Part shown: in pieces, positions 25,389-28,497 of the stretch | Layout: each line of letters opens with the position of its first letter | Position numbering within the stretch: the first letter of the stretch is position 1 | DNA from: a virus | Lineage: Duplodnaviria > Caudoviricetes | Direction: 5' to 3' (one strand) | Length of the DNA stretch: 28,497 bases | IMG/VR virus record: IMGVR_UViG_3300005805_000019 | Span: 1-28,497 of that record | Made by a program: the position numbers and the translations under genes | Notes under the pieces: generated by a model | Told to the model about the DNA's origin: nothing | Database searches by the model: none | The model's input: only the letters and a program-made list of their open reading frames with translations

Positions 25389-27973
25389 TGGATACAAGAC
25401 TACTTGTCAGTATAGTAGATAATACGTATGAATCAGTTGATCTTTTTGATGAAATTCCAATCACCCTGACGATTCAACAGAGTGACTTAACGAATTTAAC
25501 CGCAAGGAGAACTCCCTATTCTAAGACCATTCAGGTTCCTGATACTTCAAATAACGCTCTTGTATTTGAGCATTACTATGAGGTAAATGGTTTGGACTTT
25601 AATCCATTGAATAAACTCCCCTGTGTTGTTCAATATAGGGGTACTGATATTTTTACTGGTGTCCTTAGATTAAATGCGGTCATTGAGAAAAAAGGAATGA
25701 GGTATTATGAGATTTTTATCTTAGGTGAGGTCGCTGACTTTACAGCTCAGTTCAAAGATCTTGAACTCCAAGATTTAGATTATACAGATCTTAATCACAA
25801 TCTTCAGTACTCAGCCATCACTCAGTCGTGGGAAAATGTTAATGATGGTATGAGTGGTTTGTTCAATGGACAAATCCTTTACCCACTGATCAACTACGGA
25901 TTGGATTATCAAGGAACAGGAACTGGTGCTACCCCAACATTCACTTATACATTCGATGAGACACGTTCTTTTGATCAGAGTGGATTCTCTGTACCTCCGA
26001 GTATTTTTAAACCTTCTATTCAAATCAAAAGTGTATTAGATAGAATTTTTGCGAGAACCAACTATAACATCGTATCTGATTTTTTAGATTCTGATTATTT
26101 CAAATCCATTTATATGGATACATTTCAGAACGGTAAGTTGGGTATTATTAGTGGTACAGACATTCAAAACCAAAACATTTTTAGGGTTTACACCAACAAC
26201 CAAAACCAGCAAAGTCCTATCTTTCAACAGACTTCTTCAAGTTTAACTTTTGCTTTAAACTTTAGAGGGGAGTTCCCTGATGGATATGATCCGTTGAATA
26301 ACTTTGCTTTAGGAACCACCACACAAATCGCAGTTCCCAATGAAGGTTTCTTTCAAGTACCCTATGCTGGTGATTATTTCTTTAACTTTAGATGTAACTA
26401 TTCCAATCCAAATGCTGCGCTTGGAACGAGTATCTTTAGGATAGCCGCAGTTGCTCAATCCACAAATAACGTTAACTCGGTTGGTTCAACATTCTTTTTA
26501 ACACCACAACTTGTATGTGCAGGTGATGGTAGTGAACTCCCCTTGGATTTATATTTCTCAGGATCATTATTAACAGGTCAGTTCATAAGACTTTATGTTT
26601 TGTTGGATGGGGGTTCAAACTTTGGAACTCAAGTTAAGTTAAGTGGTTTTAATAACTTTGGTGTAACAACAGCCTTCCCTATGTGGGATCTCTACACATC
26701 CCCAATCATCCCTTCAGATCTTGTGGATATGAAAGTGGGGGTACCCAATATTAGGTGTATAGATTTTTTCAGGAGTTTAATCACCATGTTTAACCTTGTG
26801 GTTCAACAGGATGAGAGCAGTAAGGTTGTGCGTATTGAACCTTATAACTGGTATTATGATGATGTGGATAGACCAAGAAAGGATTGGACAAATATTCTTG
26901 ATTTGGATAATGAAAAGAAAATAGAACCATTATCATTTGATCTAAGTAAAGAACTTACTTGGACTTACCAAGAAACGGGTTTTGAGAATTTACCTTATGA
27001 GTTTTCTACACGTTTCGATTATGTCTTTGGTAGAAAGAGATATACCACGGGTAATGATATTTTCACAGACGAACAAGTCTATGAAGTTCCCTTTGGATCT
27101 TGTCCTACATCAGGAGTAACAAATGCTCCTAACTTTATCATACCTCAGTATTTTTACCTCAACAATGGACAACAAGCTCCATACGCCACAAAACCACACC
27201 TATTCTTTTGGGTGGGTAATAGATATTCCTACAAGGATATTTTTAAGTCTGTTCAAGGTCCTTGGTATTTGACTAGTGGTGCGACACCAGTGGAACAAAC
27301 CACTTATCCTTGTGTATCTCACTTATCAACATTGGAGAGTCAAATATCAGAGGTTATATCAGATTTGAACTTTGAGTCAACTTTTGACTTCTTTGCAAAC
27401 GATACAAACCTGATTCAACAGTTCACCCCATTTACCTTGTATAACACATTTTGGGCAACTTATGTGGATAATCTATATTCATACGAAAGTAGAAGATTGA
27501 CTGGTTATTTCTATTTTAGACCCATTGATGTTTACGAAACCTCACTCAAGGATAAAATATGGATAAAAGATGCTGCATACACGATTGAGAAATTAACCGA
27601 TGCTAATTTGGTGAATAAAGTCCTTACTCAAATTTCTTTGATTAAAGAGACTTATCCTTACTACAAGATAGAGCCACCAGCTCCGATCTATATCTTGTCT
27701 CCTAACGAACCTTATCCATCTCCTGAACCATTCTACAACACCGTATGCTTTGTATCAACTGACAAAGACTTAGTTTGTGCTGGTACAACCCCAACGTTGA
27801 CGGTTGTATATACATTCGGTTCAGGCACTATTGGGAACTTAGATAAAGTATATATTGATACTGGCACCTCATTCCAACTCTTACCACAAGGAACCTATGT
27901 TCGACAACAGAGTGAACCTACAACCTTTGTGGTGGTGAATAACTTGGGTCAAGTATTACAAACAACCTGTTAA
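25388..27973 (+). CDS. Tail tip/baseplate hub protein
   Basis: 861 aa. VDLFDE.PI.LT...YSKTI.VP...NN..F.HYY N-terminus, YPLINYG, DF..SLI.MFNL...IEP...DWT motifs. Directly precedes the TMP gene. Confidence 0.7.
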   Translation: MDTRLLVSIVDNTYESVDLFDEIPITLTIQQSDLTNLTARRTPYSKTIQVPDTSNNALVFEHYYEVNGLDFNPLNKLPCVVQYRGTDIFTGVLRLNAVIEKKGMRYYEIFILGEVADFTAQFKDLELQDLDYTDLNHNLQYSAITQSWENVNDGMSGLFNGQILYPLINYGLDYQGTGTGATPTFTYTFDETRSFDQSGFSVPPSIFKPSIQIKSVLDRIFARTNYNIVSDFLDSDYFKSIYMDTFQNGKLGIISGTDIQNQNIFRVYTNNQNQQSPIFQQTSSSLTFALNFRGEFPDGYDPLNNFALGTTTQIAVPNEGFFQVPYAGDYFFNFRCNYSNPNAALGTSIFRIAAVAQSTNNVNSVGSTFFLTPQLVCAGDGSELPLDLYFSGSLLTGQFIRLYVLLDGGSNFGTQVKLSGFNNFGVTTAFPMWDLYTSPIIPSDLVDMKVGVPNIRCIDFFRSLITMFNLVVQQDESSKVVRIEPYNWYYDDVDRPRKDWTNILDLDNEKKIEPLSFDLSKELTWTYQETGFENLPYEFSTRFDYVFGRKRYTTGNDIFTDEQVYEVPFGSCPTSGVTNAPNFIIPQYFYLNNGQQAPYATKPHLFFWVGNRYSYKDIFKSVQGPWYLTSGATPVEQTTYPCVSHLSTLESQISEVISDLNFESTFDFFANDTNLIQQFTPFTLYNTFWATYVDNLYSYESRRLTGYFYFRPIDVYETSLKDKIWIKDAAYTIEKLTDANLVNKVLTQISLIKETYPYYKIEPPAPIYILSPNEPYPSPEPFYNTVCFVSTDKDLVCAGTTPTLTVVYTFGSGTIGNLDKVYIDTGTSFQLLPQGTYVRQQSEPTTFVVVNNLGQVLQTTC

Positions 27974-27976
27974 TAA

Positions 27977-28497
27977 ATGGCAGATCCTATTCAAATTCCG
28001 TTAGAAGTAACCGGTATACCTAAATCCAAAAGGGAGGTAGAAGAGTTATTAGACAAAATTAAACTCTTATCCCTTGCTTTGGGGTCAATGGCAGATAAAG
28101 AAAGTGCTGCTTACAAAGAGACCGAAGCTGCTGTAAAACAACTTCAAGGAACCGTTGACTCATACAACAACTCAAAGGGTACTAAGAATGTTGAGAATAC
28201 CGCAAGGAGTTTTGTAAAAATCGGTAGTGCTATTACAAGTTCATTTGCTGCGGCTCAAGCGGCAATATCCCTATTTGGTAGTGAGAGTGAAGCGGTTGCT
28301 CAAGCTGCGGCAAAAGCACAAGGATTATTAACTTTAGCCCTTGCTTCAAGGGAAATAGCAGAAGCAGGTGCGGCTGTTAAAACGGTTGTTCTAACTACAG
28401 CAACCATTGCTCAAACAGCGGTAACTCAAGGGTTGACCGCAGCAACGAGATTGTTATTTGCAACCTTTGCGGCAAACCCATTCGGTGCTATTTTAGC
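27977..28497 (+). CDS. Tape measure protein, 5' part (continues at nt 100 through the circular junction)
   Basis: MADPIQIPLEVTG...FAAAQAAISLFGSESEAV...TAVTQGLTAATRLLF with no stop. Adds 152 codons upstream of the ORF-track start at nt 35. Confidence 0.88.
   Translation, partial: MADPIQIPLEVTGIPKSKREVEELLDKIKLLSLALGSMADKESAAYKETEAAVKQLQGTVDSYNNSKGTKNVENTARSFVKIGSAITSSFAAAQAAISLFGSESEAVAQAAAKAQGLLTLALASREIAEAGAAVKTVVLTTATIAQTAVTQGLTAATRLLFATFAANPFGAIL
28399..28497. repeat. 99-bp terminal direct repeat, right copy
   Basis: Identical to nt 1-99. Confidence 0.97.

Noticed and set aside
1165-26023. Short antisense or alternate-frame ORFs in the track (1165, 1597, 3710, 4899, 5042, 7792, 8164, 9355, 9409, 10119, 10535, 11660, 12916, 18145, 18583, 21658, 24109, 24470, 25811)
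   Set aside because: All lie within or mostly overlap longer motif-bearing genes and show shadow-frame composition (e.g. VGVGV opposite PTPT).
1-28497. tRNA/rRNA genes and stop-codon reassignment
   Set aside because: No cloverleaf or T-loop consensus seen in the few intergenic gaps. Standard code 11 yields full-length, tightly packed genes.

Overview
This window looks like a complete, circularly assembled tailed-phage genome of about 28.4 kb; nt 1-99 repeat exactly at 28399-28497. It is a probable siphovirus. A Bacteroidota host is inferred from A-rich, Shine-Dalgarno-less translation starts and from the protein motifs. About 22 kb encode the virion and packaging machinery: tape measure (split across the junction), an expanded prohead protease, scaffold, major capsid, tail tube, fibre/adhesin proteins, portal, adaptor, TerS, TerL, a frameshifted tail chaperone pair, neck, distal tail and hub. 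No DNA polymerase, helicase, primase, integrase, repressor or endolysin is recognisable. The 13.1-19.7 kb accessory block holds the most unusual signals. (i) A ~250-nt densely base-paired non-coding region with a pseudoknot lies upstream of a GIY-YIG gene, and two downstream hairpin units have loops complementary to its 5' part, a candidate trans-antisense control circuit. (ii) A DNA methyltransferase appears to lack its internal segment, which is encoded instead as two tandem variable cassettes. (iii) A TATTTAT motif recurs upstream of genes. All product calls come from motif recognition by eye, without database searches.
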